From IMG/VR virus record IMGVR_UViG_3300044691_000253, positions 1-62,609 of that record: a stretch of 62,609 nucleotides of DNA, one strand, 5' to 3'. Source of the stretch: a virus. Its lineage: Duplodnaviria; Caudoviricetes. Of this stretch, positions 25,856 through 35,441 are shown in pieces. A model generated the notes under the pieces. The model searched no databases and was not told where the DNA came from. It saw nothing but the letters and a program-made list of their open reading frames with translations. The position numbers were made by a program, and so were the translations under genes. Every line of letters begins with the position of its first letter. The stretch's first letter is position 1.

Positions 25856-27571
25856 ATGGCGCTTTCTGACAAGCATCCCGATTTCATTACGCGGCTAGGT
25901 GAGTGGCTCCAGATGGCCGACACCTACGCGGGCGAGAGGGCTGTCAAGGCGAAGCGTCTTGAATACCTCCCGGCGACTGAGGGCATGGTGCAGGATGGCA
26001 TGACCAACGTCAGCGCCCCGGGCTGGAAAGACTATGAGGCGTATCTGTTGCGCGCCTACTACCACGACGTTGTCAAGGATGCTGTCAAGGCTATGGTCGG
26101 CATCATGCACAATAAGCCTGCCGTGATCAAACTGCCGAAACGTCTCGAAGGCATGCTGGAGAAGGCGACGATCCAAGGCGAAGGGCTCCAGATGTTGCTC
26201 CGCCGGATAAACGTCGCGCAACTCGTCTATGGCCGCTGTGGCCTTCTCGTCGATGTGCCGCAAGCCATGGACGCAAACAAGGCGACGCCGTACCTGTCAT
26301 TCTACAACCCCGAGCGCATCATCAATTGGGACGCGGGCACGCTCAATGAGGGCATGAACGAGCTTGAACTCGTCGTGCTCAACGAGGGCGGCTACCGGCG
26401 CGAAGGCTTCACATGGAAGACCGAACAGAAATATCGCATCCTCACGCGCGGCGGCGCGCCCGAGCTTGCCAGTGGATGGGAACGACCGCCGGTCGGCGCC
26501 CCATTCGGCGTATGCGTGAAGGTCAACGACACGAGCATGCCCCTTCTCGAAGAGTTCATCTATCCAAGCATCGGGGGCAAGACGCTCGACCAAATCCCGT
26601 TCGTGTTCATCGGTGCGAACGATCTCGTGCCCGAGCCCGAGGTCTCCCCGCTGCTCGGCCTATCGAACCTCGCGCTCGCAATCTATCGCGCCGAGGCCGA
26701 CTATCGGCAGACGCTCTATTTGCAGAGCCAGAACACGCTCGTCATCATCGGCGGCGCGGTAGACGAAGCTGCCCCGGACAAACTCCGCGTCGGCAACAAG
26801 GGCCTCATCGATCTCAAGATGGGCGGCGACGCAAAATATATCGGCGCATCGGCGGCCGGGCTCGGCGAGATGCGTCAGTCACTTCAATCCGACAAGGATG
26901 CTGCCGCGGCCGAAGGCGTCGCCTTCTTGGATGTCGGCAACGCCCGCGGCGAAAGCGGTGAGGCTCTTCGTATCCGCGTGGCCGCTCGCACCACCACGAT
27001 CTCATCTGTTGCCCAATGCGCTGGCGCGGGGCTTGAGCAGGCGCTCAAGTTCGCCGCCGAGTGGGTTGGAGAAGACCCGGAAGAGGTTAGCGTCGAGCCG
27101 ACGACGGACTTCGCCGATCAGACCGTCGCTGGCGCTGCTCTGCTCGCCTTCATGCAAGCGAAGCAATTGGGCCTGCCCCTGTCTCTTCGTTCTATGCATC
27201 GCATGATGAAGCTCAACGACATGACGGAGATGGATTTTGAAGAAGAGAACGAACAGATCGAAGAGGAAGCCGCGTCCATGCTCGGCACGATGGTCGGGCC
27301 ATTCCAGAACTCTGTCACCGATGACACTTTCTTGGATGAGGATGTCAGCCCTGTCGCTGATCCGGCTGCGGGCACTACCGGAGGCACAGCCGCCCCGGCT
27401 GCAACTGCACCTCCGGCTGGGACTGCATCGACCGCACCGCCTAATAAAAACGTTCCGATCAAGCCGAACTCGCAAAGCAAGAAGGGGCACACACGCGGGT
27501 CACCCGTCCCCTTGAAGCGCAAGGTCGGCGGCAAGGGCGCGTCGGCCGGGAAGACCAAAGGCGGCGTATGA
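25856..27571 (+). CDS. portal protein (DUF4055-type) with low-complexity basic C-terminal extension
   Basis: Follows terL; HPDF...W...DTYAGERAVK...YLP, YEAYLLRA, IPFVFIG, ESGEAL. Confidence 0.9.
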   Translation: MALSDKHPDFITRLGEWLQMADTYAGERAVKAKRLEYLPATEGMVQDGMTNVSAPGWKDYEAYLLRAYYHDVVKDAVKAMVGIMHNKPAVIKLPKRLEGMLEKATIQGEGLQMLLRRINVAQLVYGRCGLLVDVPQAMDANKATPYLSFYNPERIINWDAGTLNEGMNELELVVLNEGGYRREGFTWKTEQKYRILTRGGAPELASGWERPPVGAPFGVCVKVNDTSMPLLEEFIYPSIGGKTLDQIPFVFIGANDLVPEPEVSPLLGLSNLALAIYRAEADYRQTLYLQSQNTLVIIGGAVDEAAPDKLRVGNKGLIDLKMGGDAKYIGASAAGLGEMRQSLQSDKDAAAAEGVAFLDVGNARGESGEALRIRVAARTTTISSVAQCAGAGLEQALKFAAEWVGEDPEEVSVEPTTDFADQTVAGAALLAFMQAKQLGLPLSLRSMHRMMKLNDMTEMDFEEENEQIEEEAASMLGTMVGPFQNSVTDDTFLDEDVSPVADPAAGTTGGTAAPAATAPPAGTASTAPPNKNVPIKPNSQSKKGHTRGSPVPLKRKVGGKGASAGKTKGGV

Positions 27572-27819
27572 GTGATCCCGCTGGACCACACATCGTAAAG
27601 ACCTTTCACGAGGCCATCGATATTCTCGATCAGTGCGAGCCGCAAATTCGCGACCTGATCGAGACCCACCTCATGGACGTGGCGGGCGTCAACAAGACGA
27701 AGGTCAGTCACGCCATGCTGACCAAGGACGAATTGACGAAGCACATCGTTGCGCTTCGTCATCACCACATCAAGGCCGCCTTCCGCCATCTGAGAGAGCA
27801 TCTCCCCAGTGACATATGA
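27568..27819 (+). CDS. hypothetical His-rich protein
   Basis: ATGA overlap with portal. Confidence 0.6.
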   Translation: MSDPAGPHIVKTFHEAIDILDQCEPQIRDLIETHLMDVAGVNKTKVSHAMLTKDELTKHIVALRHHHIKAAFRHLREHLPSDI

Positions 27820-28777
27820 TCCATCAGAGGCCCGCAACAATCACGGCGAGTTCGGCACGACCGACGTAGCCTTGAAGGGGCCGCAAGTTGGCGGCGCGAG
27901 CGCGGTCGTCACTGAGCGGCCGATCAACACGGCGGCCCACAAAGGCGCGGCCACGCCCGAGGAAGCGCAGGCGCAGGCCGCCCTCGTCGCGGACGGGGCG
28001 AAGCCGCTTGAAGGTTTGCCCCAGAAGCCCATCGAACTCGCGGGCCAGTGGTATGTGCCCGGCCCCATCGGCCGCCTACGGGACGCGGCCGACAGCTACA
28101 TGAAGTCGGCCGGGCTGCCGTATTCGCCGCCAACCGACTATGCGAAGCTCGACAAAGATCGCGCCGCGAAGATCGCCGATGAATACGACAAGATGAAAGA
28201 TGATCCGGCCGGTCCCGCCGTCAAGGCGAGCTACGATGCCCTCGTCAAGGAAACGCTCGCGCAGTGGGAGACGATCAAGCAGACCGGCTTGCAAGTCGAG
28301 TGGGTCAAGCCCGGGCAGAAGGACCCCTACGCGCTGTCGCCGCGCCTCGCCGCGATGGACGTGAGCGAGAACAATCATTGGTGGGGATTTCCCACCGACC
28401 TCGGCTACGGCTCCGGCGTCGGCAAGAGCAACACTGGCGAGACGAACCCGATGCTCAAGGCGACCGGCGAAGTGATCGATGGCCGCAAGGTCGTCGCCAA
28501 CGATGTCTTCCGCATTGTGCATGACATGATGGGTCATCTCAAAGAAGGCAATGGCTTTCGTGGCGAAGGCGAAGAGAACGCTTGGCGCTCGCATGCGTCG
28601 ATGTATTCGGACCTCGCTCGACCGGCGATGACAAGCGAGACGCGTGGACAAAATTCGTGGGTCAACTACGGCCCGCACGGGACAACCAACCGCACCGCCG
28701 ACGCCGAGCACACGATCTTCGCTCCGCAGAAGATCGGGCTCATGCCGGAGTGGACTGAGAATGAGGGCCGCAAATGA
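27809..28777 (+). CDS. putative internal virion protein with HDxxGH zincin-like domain
   Basis: N-terminal YDPSEARNNHGEF; NDVFRIVHDMMGH...GEENAW..H...ETRGQNSWVN. Confidence 0.7.
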   Translation: MTYDPSEARNNHGEFGTTDVALKGPQVGGASAVVTERPINTAAHKGAATPEEAQAQAALVADGAKPLEGLPQKPIELAGQWYVPGPIGRLRDAADSYMKSAGLPYSPPTDYAKLDKDRAAKIADEYDKMKDDPAGPAVKASYDALVKETLAQWETIKQTGLQVEWVKPGQKDPYALSPRLAAMDVSENNHWWGFPTDLGYGSGVGKSNTGETNPMLKATGEVIDGRKVVANDVFRIVHDMMGHLKEGNGFRGEGEENAWRSHASMYSDLARPAMTSETRGQNSWVNYGPHGTTNRTADAEHTIFAPQKIGLMPEWTENEGRK

Positions 28778-31029
28778 CCTTCGACCCAAATGAAGCAAGA
28801 GATCAGTCCGGGCGCTGGACCCGCGGCGACACGGCGACCGGCAGGGACGGCGAGGTCGAGCGGCACCTCATTGATCCGCGCGTTGTCGATGTCAGCGGTG
28901 ACGAATGGAATAAGAAAACGGCCGAGCGGCTTGAGCGGGAGTATGCTGCTGTTCGCCCCGAACTAGACGCCCTTGCAAACGAGGGCGTCGAGAAGGGTGC
29001 AAGCGTGGCCCTCGGGAAAAGCGGCGACGACGATAACGAGGATGATACGCCCATCGTCCCAGAGCAGTGGGATGCTCTGACCGGATCGGAACAGGAAGAG
29101 GCCGAGCAGCACTATATCGACAGCCATATCGACAGCGAGAAGGACTACGTTGTCCAAAGCTGGCATGACGATCTTGGTGGCGCGCTGTACGAAGCAAAGC
29201 ACATGCTCGCCAAAGACGACGACTTTAAGAGCGAGTGGCTGAGTGGTTATCTCTCTGCCCGCGACGAAGATGGTGACCCACGTATCCCGTTCAAGGCTGA
29301 TGATCTCTTGGGCGCGATCAATATCGAAGCCGGGGATGACGATGCTGATCCGGAGATCACGTTCGACGAAAAATACTTGGACAAGCCGGATGTTCTCGGC
29401 TCAGAAAACCAGTTGTCTTTTCCCGGTATTGAGCCCCAGAAAGGTTCGGATTTTCTCACGCCCAAGATGCGTGAAGAGATCATTAAAGACCTCATTGCGA
29501 AATTCAACGAAGAGGCCAAGTCCAAAGCCGGCGATATCGAGCCTCCCGAGTACCTCAGCGAGGAAGCGAATACCAACGTCCATGAGGCATGGAACGGTAT
29601 GGACGAGGATGAGCAGTTCAACTACGCCATGAAGAATGTGGACAGTCTGAGTGAGCAGGCAGCCGCCGCCGCAGACGCTCCGCTCAAGTCCGGCGACCTG
29701 ACGCACCTTGCATGGCCCGCCGAATTTGACCCCCTCAATAAGACCTCCGGTACGGACTACCAGAGAACTCAAGCGCTCGCGAAGTACATCGCGGACAGGC
29801 GCGGCGCGCAACTTATCACAGAGCGCGTCGGTAACGCGAAATGGAAGCCGCGCGATCAGTTCCCCGGCTCGGACGATGACTACAACAAGCTGTATGAGCG
29901 TCCCGACAGCGTCGGCCACAAGAAAGATCAGGCGTGGACTGACCGCATGATGAAAGAGCTTCAATCGGCAGATAGCCGATTGTGGTCCGGATGGAAGGGA
30001 AGCTCGACCAACGCGGAGGGGCGGCTGTTGCAAGTCGCATCGGCCGATGAACTCGGCGGGCGCATCCGCGACGCAAAACAGTCCGTCACGAGCCAGCTAT
30101 TCAGCGGCGAGGCAACGGTTTCGGATAGCAAGTACAAAGCGAAGCTCATTCTATCGGATACCGGCGACTACTATTTGCCGGAGCTTAAAGCGGCGGCCCA
30201 GAAGTACATGGACGAGAACAAGTTCTCAGTGGACGAGCCCAACGTGTCCAAAGTGCCGCAGTTGAAAGCGGAGGACGTGACCGTTGAGGGTAAGAACCCC
30301 TTCACTTTGCTGCCCGACGTGAAGATCGAAAAGAACGGGGCCGCCTCGACGACCGTCAGCCCGACAGTGGCCAATGGTTGGAGTGGCACTGCAAACAACG
30401 CGCCCGAGGGCATCAACAAGAAAGAGAGCATTGAATACGCGAACAAGGCATATGCGGCTATCGGCGGATACGAGGGCGTCAAAGCTGCGATCCGCGCGAA
30501 ATGGGAGACGACGCAATATCTGCTCGACAAGGCAGACATCCCGATCGTGCAAGCGTATCGGGGCATCAACATGCCGCACAAACTCATCGGCGTCTCAAGC
30601 GAAGGCGAGTTTAACCCGCCGATCTCCGGACTTGTGAAAACATCATACGCCGGAGAAGTCGATATGACTGAAATCCCGGTTGGGGCCTCGATCCACACCG
30701 CCTCGGGAAAGACGATCACCAAGACAAGCGAGGATAACCCGAGCTACTATGAGGCCCACGGGTACAAGGCGGGCATCGGCACGTGGAAATTCTCTCAGGC
30801 CGTCGCGGACACACAGTCGCGCATTGTGCTGCGCACCGAGGTCCCGCGCACGGCGGTCGTGTCGATCCCGGCGTATGGCATCAACGTGAAGAGCGAGCAG
30901 GAAGTCGTCGTCGTCGGTACGGGCTGGAAAGGCTGGGATGCTTGGTCCGGTCGCGCACCGACGTTCGAAGAAGTCCCGATGCGACATAAGGGGGCTCCGG
31001 CCCCGGAAAAACAAAAGGCAGCCGCATGA
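28774..31029 (+). CDS. putative internal virion protein with C-terminal ADP-ribosyltransferase-like domain
   Basis: N-terminal FDPNEARDQSGRWT; acidic body; YRG (30556) and SEQEVVV (EQE at 30895). Confidence 0.65.
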   Translation: MTFDPNEARDQSGRWTRGDTATGRDGEVERHLIDPRVVDVSGDEWNKKTAERLEREYAAVRPELDALANEGVEKGASVALGKSGDDDNEDDTPIVPEQWDALTGSEQEEAEQHYIDSHIDSEKDYVVQSWHDDLGGALYEAKHMLAKDDDFKSEWLSGYLSARDEDGDPRIPFKADDLLGAINIEAGDDDADPEITFDEKYLDKPDVLGSENQLSFPGIEPQKGSDFLTPKMREEIIKDLIAKFNEEAKSKAGDIEPPEYLSEEANTNVHEAWNGMDEDEQFNYAMKNVDSLSEQAAAAADAPLKSGDLTHLAWPAEFDPLNKTSGTDYQRTQALAKYIADRRGAQLITERVGNAKWKPRDQFPGSDDDYNKLYERPDSVGHKKDQAWTDRMMKELQSADSRLWSGWKGSSTNAEGRLLQVASADELGGRIRDAKQSVTSQLFSGEATVSDSKYKAKLILSDTGDYYLPELKAAAQKYMDENKFSVDEPNVSKVPQLKAEDVTVEGKNPFTLLPDVKIEKNGAASTTVSPTVANGWSGTANNAPEGINKKESIEYANKAYAAIGGYEGVKAAIRAKWETTQYLLDKADIPIVQAYRGINMPHKLIGVSSEGEFNPPISGLVKTSYAGEVDMTEIPVGASIHTASGKTITKTSEDNPSYYEAHGYKAGIGTWKFSQAVADTQSRIVLRTEVPRTAVVSIPAYGINVKSEQEVVVVGTGWKGWDAWSGRAPTFEEVPMRHKGAPAPEKQKAAA

Positions 31030-31577
31030 TCCTGCGTATTGACCTCAACAGCATGCCCGGCTTGCCCGGGCTCGGCGACCCGCACTGGCTCTCTGGCTCG
31101 GGCAAGGTTGACCGCGTGGGCAACCACAAGCGCGCCGAGGCTGCACATTTCGCAGCACTGCCGCGCACCCCCGCGCGACCGGAGACAATGGCTAATCTGC
31201 GTGCCGTCTCTGAGCGCGTCAAGCATGTCAGCGAGCCTGTCCCGGACGAGCCCGATGACAGTGCCGAACATGAGCACGACGGCGGCGCGTGGGCCAAGCA
31301 TCGCCGCCGTACCGGACAGAAGTTTCCGTTGAAAATTCACGGGCACGAACTCGCGACATGGGCGCGCAACTTCGCTGCCTCGGATGCCGAGCGCATCCAT
31401 ACCGCAATTAGTGTTGGCCTCACCGCAGGCGAAGACAACACTGATATCGCCCATCGCGTCATTGGGTCCCGCCGTTTGAACGGTGTCAATGGTGCGACGG
31501 AGATCACCCGGCAGCATATCCTGCGCCTCGGCAAAGGATTGCTCCACAAGAGGAAGGCCCGCATGGCGGCCCAGTGA
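31026..31577 (+). CDS. truncated MuF/SPP1-gp7-like head morphogenesis protein
   Basis: AISVGL.AGE...DIAHRVIGSRRLN..NG..EITR resembles the MuF core; C-terminal Cys/His motif absent. Confidence 0.55.
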   Translation: MILRIDLNSMPGLPGLGDPHWLSGSGKVDRVGNHKRAEAAHFAALPRTPARPETMANLRAVSERVKHVSEPVPDEPDDSAEHEHDGGAWAKHRRRTGQKFPLKIHGHELATWARNFAASDAERIHTAISVGLTAGEDNTDIAHRVIGSRRLNGVNGATEITRQHILRLGKGLLHKRKARMAAQ

Positions 31578-31613
31578 TCGGATGTCCGCTCACTGCTTTT
31601 TAGGAGACATTCT

Positions 31614-32477
31614 ATGTTGAAAACTGTTTATGCTACCGCCGAGGAAATCCCGGAGGGCTACGCCGATCTTTATACCGAGCGCAATGGTCAGTGGGAATTG
31701 ACCGGCGTGCAGGGCGTGAAGACGCAATCCGATATCGATCGCATCCAAGGCGCGCTCGCGAAAGAGCGCAACGACCACAAGATCACCAAGCAGGCGCTCG
31801 CCCCGTATGAGGGCCTCGATCCCGAGGTCATCCATACTCAGGCAAACGAGCTTGAGGATGTCAAGGCCCAGTTGGCCGCCATCAAGAACGATGGCACCAT
31901 CGACGAGACCAAGCTGGAGCCGCTCATCGCGGCCCGCGTCGCGCAGAAGATCGCGCCGCTGGAGCGGGAGCTTCGCAACACAAGCGCGAAGCTGGTCGAG
32001 AAGGACAAGCTCATCGCCGTGAAGGACGGCGAAGTGAGTGGCCTCAAGACCACGATCATCACGGGCAACGTTGACCGCGCCATCCGTGACGCGGCCATCG
32101 AAGCCAAGCTTCTGCCCACGGCTGTGATCGATGCCGTGATGCATGGCAAAACTGTCTTCGAAGTGACCGAGGACGGCCGGATTATCACCAAGGATAATTC
32201 GGGCGCGACCCCGGGCCTGTCCGTCAAGGAATGGCTCACCGACATGAAGGAAAAGGCCCCGCATTGGTGGCCCACTTCGGTCGGCGGCGGTTCGCAGGGC
32301 GGCGGCCCCACCGGAAAGAATGGCTACGGCGGAGCCAACAATCCGTGGTCCAAGGCGGGGTGGAACGTGACCAAGCAGGGCGCGCTCATCACCCAGTTGG
32401 GCGCGATCAAGGCTGGGGAGATCGCGGCGCAGGCCGGTTGTAAGATCGGCGACACGAAGCCCGCCGCGGCCGAGTGA
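31614..32477 (+). CDS. capsid scaffolding protein
   Basis: LYTERNG, coiled coil, WL...APHWW..S.GGG, C-terminal NPW...WN.TKQG. Confidence 0.85.
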   Translation: MLKTVYATAEEIPEGYADLYTERNGQWELTGVQGVKTQSDIDRIQGALAKERNDHKITKQALAPYEGLDPEVIHTQANELEDVKAQLAAIKNDGTIDETKLEPLIAARVAQKIAPLERELRNTSAKLVEKDKLIAVKDGEVSGLKTTIITGNVDRAIRDAAIEAKLLPTAVIDAVMHGKTVFEVTEDGRIITKDNSGATPGLSVKEWLTDMKEKAPHWWPTSVGGGSQGGGPTGKNGYGGANNPWSKAGWNVTKQGALITQLGAIKAGEIAAQAGCKIGDTKPAAAE

Positions 32478-32515
32478 GGTTGCTAGTATCTATGACGGCG
32501 CGTCGCCAGTAAAAT
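32478..32515 (+). promoter_or_regulatory. putative late promoter
   Basis: GGTTGCTAG-N23-TAAAAT. Confidence 0.6.
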
Positions 32516-32546
32516 GGCGGCGCGCATTTTTATGGGGGTTGCGATC

Positions 32547-32780
32547 ATGGCAGTAGAAAATCCTTGGCTCGCCGAAGGTTGGAACCTCACTGCGCAGGGC
32601 GCGTACATTCGCAAGTACGGGCTCGAAGTCGCGAAGACCAAAGCGAAACAGGCGGGCACTCGGATCGGCGACCTCCAGCCAAAACCTCTTGCGGCGCTCA
32701 TCAAGCAGTACGTCATGATCAAGCATGTCTCGGATGACACCGCGACGCAAGGTAGCTCGGGCAGTGGACCTCCAACCTGA
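32547..32780 (+). CDS. small paralog of the scaffold C-terminal domain
   Basis: NPWLAEGWNLTAQG...AKQAGTRIGD vs scaffold NPWSKAGWNVTKQG...AAQAGCKIGD. Confidence 0.75.
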   Translation: MAVENPWLAEGWNLTAQGAYIRKYGLEVAKTKAKQAGTRIGDLQPKPLAALIKQYVMIKHVSDDTATQGSSGSGPPT

Positions 32781-34600
32781 TGGCACGACCTCCCCGCGAC
32801 GGCGACTTCTATATCAACAACGCGAACCAAGATTTTTGGCTGCGCGAAAATGGCGCGTGGGTCCGCAAGGGCAACATCCGTGACGAGGGCACGTCCGGCC
32901 TCGTCGGCGTGCAGCCTATTCTCAATCTGGGGTTTGCCCAAGCCTCCGCTGTGCAGCGCATCCGCCTGCTTGCTCCGGGCGCGCAGGCGATGGGCTTTGC
33001 TACCGCGGTTGCTGTGGATCGCATCCGCCAACTATCCGCGTCGATGACCCTCGGCTATGGCATGCTCTCGCCGCTCGACCGGCTGCGCGCGGTCGCCGCG
33101 GCTATCGATGTCGGCATGGGCCTAGCTGCCGTCGCGGACGCGATCCCCTCGGCCGTGATCAACCTCGCCGCTGCAATGGGTTTCGGCTCCATCGTCAGTC
33201 CTGTCGTGGTGGGACGCGAACGTGACCTCGTTGCTCCGATGAACTTCGGCTCCGACGTGTCGGCGGTCCTCGTTCTTCGCGTTCGGCAACTGACGGCGTC
33301 CATGGCGTTGGGCGTTGACGAGACAGCGGCCATCCAACAGATCAAGGCGGTCGCGGCGTCGATGGCCATGGGCTATGACGAGACCGTAGCACTTCAACGG
33401 ATCAGAGCCCTCACCTCATCGATTGCCGTGGGCTACAGCGAAGCGGCAGCGGTCACCCGTAGTCGCCAGCTTACGGACAGCGTCGCAATGGGCTTCTTGC
33501 AGACTTCGGCCATTCAACAGATCAAGGCCGTCACGGCGTCGCTTGCCATGGGCTACAGCGAAGCGGCGGCGGTCACTCGTATTCGCCAGCTTACAGACAG
33601 CGTCGCAATGGGCTTCGCGCAAGCTTCGACGGTGTCACTCACGGCCCCGTCCGGGAATGTCGTGATCGGGCTCAGTGTGTCACCGTTTACCCTCTGGTAC
33701 GATAGCAACCTCTCATTGCTGACTACCTCGTGGACAGTTCCGGCCGCTTCCATCCAAGCTATAGAATTTAGCCCTGACAAATCGTTGCTCGTCATCGCAA
33801 CAAGCTCTGCGCTGTTCCGATACGATATGACTGGAGCTACTCCGGTGTATAAAGGCGCGATGACTTCTCCCCCGGCTTGGGCTCACATAAGCGCCCTCGC
33901 TTTCAGCGCTGATAGCACGCGTCTCGCGGTCGTGGATAGTCAACTCTCACCGTTCACTTGGGTCTTCAACACGAGCACGTGGACTACAGTTACGGCTCCG
34001 ACCGGGCCAACCGGCACTGGCGTCGCGTTCAACGGCGCAGGGGCTAGTAAGATCGCGGCCCCTATCAGCAGCCCAGTCACGCTTAAGCTGTTCGACACCC
34101 CCGGAATGACTGCATCAGCCACGCAGCCCGGCACACAACCGACGCTGTCTAACGCATACTCCAACATCGATTTCTCGCCAGATGGAAATTATCTAGCGGC
34201 AAACGGCGTCGCGTCGCCGTCCCCTATGCGAGTATGGCAAATGAGCGCGCTGAGCGCGCCGCTCGCTAATCCGGCGTCTATGCCGCACGCCAGCGATAGC
34301 GTGATCGGAAAAGCACTGCGCTGGAACGCGCAGAGCACTAAGTTCGCGGTTTGCGACAACTTCGGGACGTATGGCTATCGCGTATCAGGGACAACAGTGA
34401 CGCAAGATCAGACGATCAGCACGATCCAAGCCGTTGCTCCGGCGTACCGATCAGATGGGGCCAAGCTTTACTTACTTAACGCGAGCGCCCCTCGCTTCCA
34501 AGTTTTCAGCATTAGCGGCAACACATACACCGCTGATACTAACCCGACATCCCAACCAGCGTCCGGGTCAAGCCCAAACTGTATCGCAACCTCCCTATAG
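32780..34600 (+). CDS. putative head appendage protein: ~20-aa repeats plus beta-propeller
   Basis: DGDFYIN...W...GNI; repeats like RIRQLTxSxAMGF; WD40-like FSPD, FSAD, FSPDG blades. Confidence 0.7.
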   Translation: MARPPRDGDFYINNANQDFWLRENGAWVRKGNIRDEGTSGLVGVQPILNLGFAQASAVQRIRLLAPGAQAMGFATAVAVDRIRQLSASMTLGYGMLSPLDRLRAVAAAIDVGMGLAAVADAIPSAVINLAAAMGFGSIVSPVVVGRERDLVAPMNFGSDVSAVLVLRVRQLTASMALGVDETAAIQQIKAVAASMAMGYDETVALQRIRALTSSIAVGYSEAAAVTRSRQLTDSVAMGFLQTSAIQQIKAVTASLAMGYSEAAAVTRIRQLTDSVAMGFAQASTVSLTAPSGNVVIGLSVSPFTLWYDSNLSLLTTSWTVPAASIQAIEFSPDKSLLVIATSSALFRYDMTGATPVYKGAMTSPPAWAHISALAFSADSTRLAVVDSQLSPFTWVFNTSTWTTVTAPTGPTGTGVAFNGAGASKIAAPISSPVTLKLFDTPGMTASATQPGTQPTLSNAYSNIDFSPDGNYLAANGVASPSPMRVWQMSALSAPLANPASMPHASDSVIGKALRWNAQSTKFAVCDNFGTYGYRVSGTTVTQDQTISTIQAVAPAYRSDGAKLYLLNASAPRFQVFSISGNTYTADTNPTSQPASGSSPNCIATSL

Positions 34601-34610
34601 GAGACTTCAA

Positions 34611-34802
34611 ATGCTCACGATCACCAAAGCTAATCCTCAAGGCCCGCACGTCAAGCTTGAGGCAGATGGTTCAAGAACGCACTTGCTTGGCGAAGTGCAC
34701 ATGAAAGTCAGCGGCCCGCTGCAAACGGAAATCCTCAAGGCCCGCACGTCAAGCTTGAGGCAGATGGTTCAAGAACGCACTTGCTTGGCGAAGTGCACAT
34801 GA
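34611..34802 (+). CDS. small hypothetical protein altered by a tandem duplication
   Basis: GGAG RBS; 63 aa as read, 44 aa (…QTEKKEK) without the duplication. Confidence 0.5.
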   Translation: MLTITKANPQGPHVKLEADGSRTHLLGEVHMKVSGPLQTEILKARTSSLRQMVQERTCLAKCT

Positions 34803-34829
34803 AAGTCAGCGGCCCGCTGCAAACGGAAA
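34632..34829. repeat. exact 98-bp-period tandem duplication
   Basis: 34632-34731 is identical to 34730-34829. Confidence 0.95.
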
Positions 34830-34846
34830 AGAAGGAGAAATAAGTC

Positions 34847-35221
34847 ATGTCGGATATGTCTGGCTACCTCGGGGATAAGCTCCTGAATTGGATGAAGGGC
34901 ACCGCCTTTGGCACCGCGCCCGTGAGCGTCTTCGCGGCGCTGTACAATGGTGACCCGGATGCAGCGGGCACGGAGTTGACCGGAACGATCAACCTCACGC
35001 GACAGGCAGTGACGTGGGGAGCGGTCGCCACACGAGCATTGGCGAACTCGGCAGAGGTCAACTTCGGCACCGCCAATGCAGGCGGCTCGGCAACCTATGT
35101 CGTGCTCTACGATGCAGCGACCGCGGGCAACGAGCTTTCGAAAAAGCTCATCAGCACGGCATCGATCACGAGCGGCGAAAAGGTGGCGATTGCCATCGGC
35201 GCGCTGACGCTGAGTTACTAA
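34847..35221 (+). CDS. conserved small beta-rich virion structural protein
   Basis: YL.DKLLNW..G, AALY.GDP...GTE, RQAVTW, NSAEVNF, LYDAATAGN. Confidence 0.75.
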   Translation: MSDMSGYLGDKLLNWMKGTAFGTAPVSVFAALYNGDPDAAGTELTGTINLTRQAVTWGAVATRALANSAEVNFGTANAGGSATYVVLYDAATAGNELSKKLISTASITSGEKVAIAIGALTLSY

Positions 35222-35270
35222 AAATCATCGGCCCGGATGTAAAAATTCCGGGCCGATCGTCTTCGCGAAG

Positions 35271-35306
35271 TTGCTAGTTGTTTTCCTTAATTCCGCGATG
35301 TAATCT
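35271..35306 (+). promoter_or_regulatory. putative late promoter for the capsid gene
   Basis: TTGCTAGTTGTTT-N17-TAATCT, preceded by a hairpin at about 35227-35258. Confidence 0.75.
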
Positions 35307-35441
35307 TCGGGCAGAATTTGCAATGGCTTAATCGCCTCCCGTGACGGGAACGCCGCGAAGTCATCAGCGAGACAAATGCCAAGATACCTCCATGGGGAGG
35401 TGCTTGAAAAAGCTCACCCCATCAAGCCATCGGAGATTATC

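Noticed and set aside
33420-33620. Diversity-generating retroelement TR/VR pair
   Set aside because: The near-identical DNA repeats are in-frame protein repeats without adenine-specific differences, and no reverse transcriptase is present.
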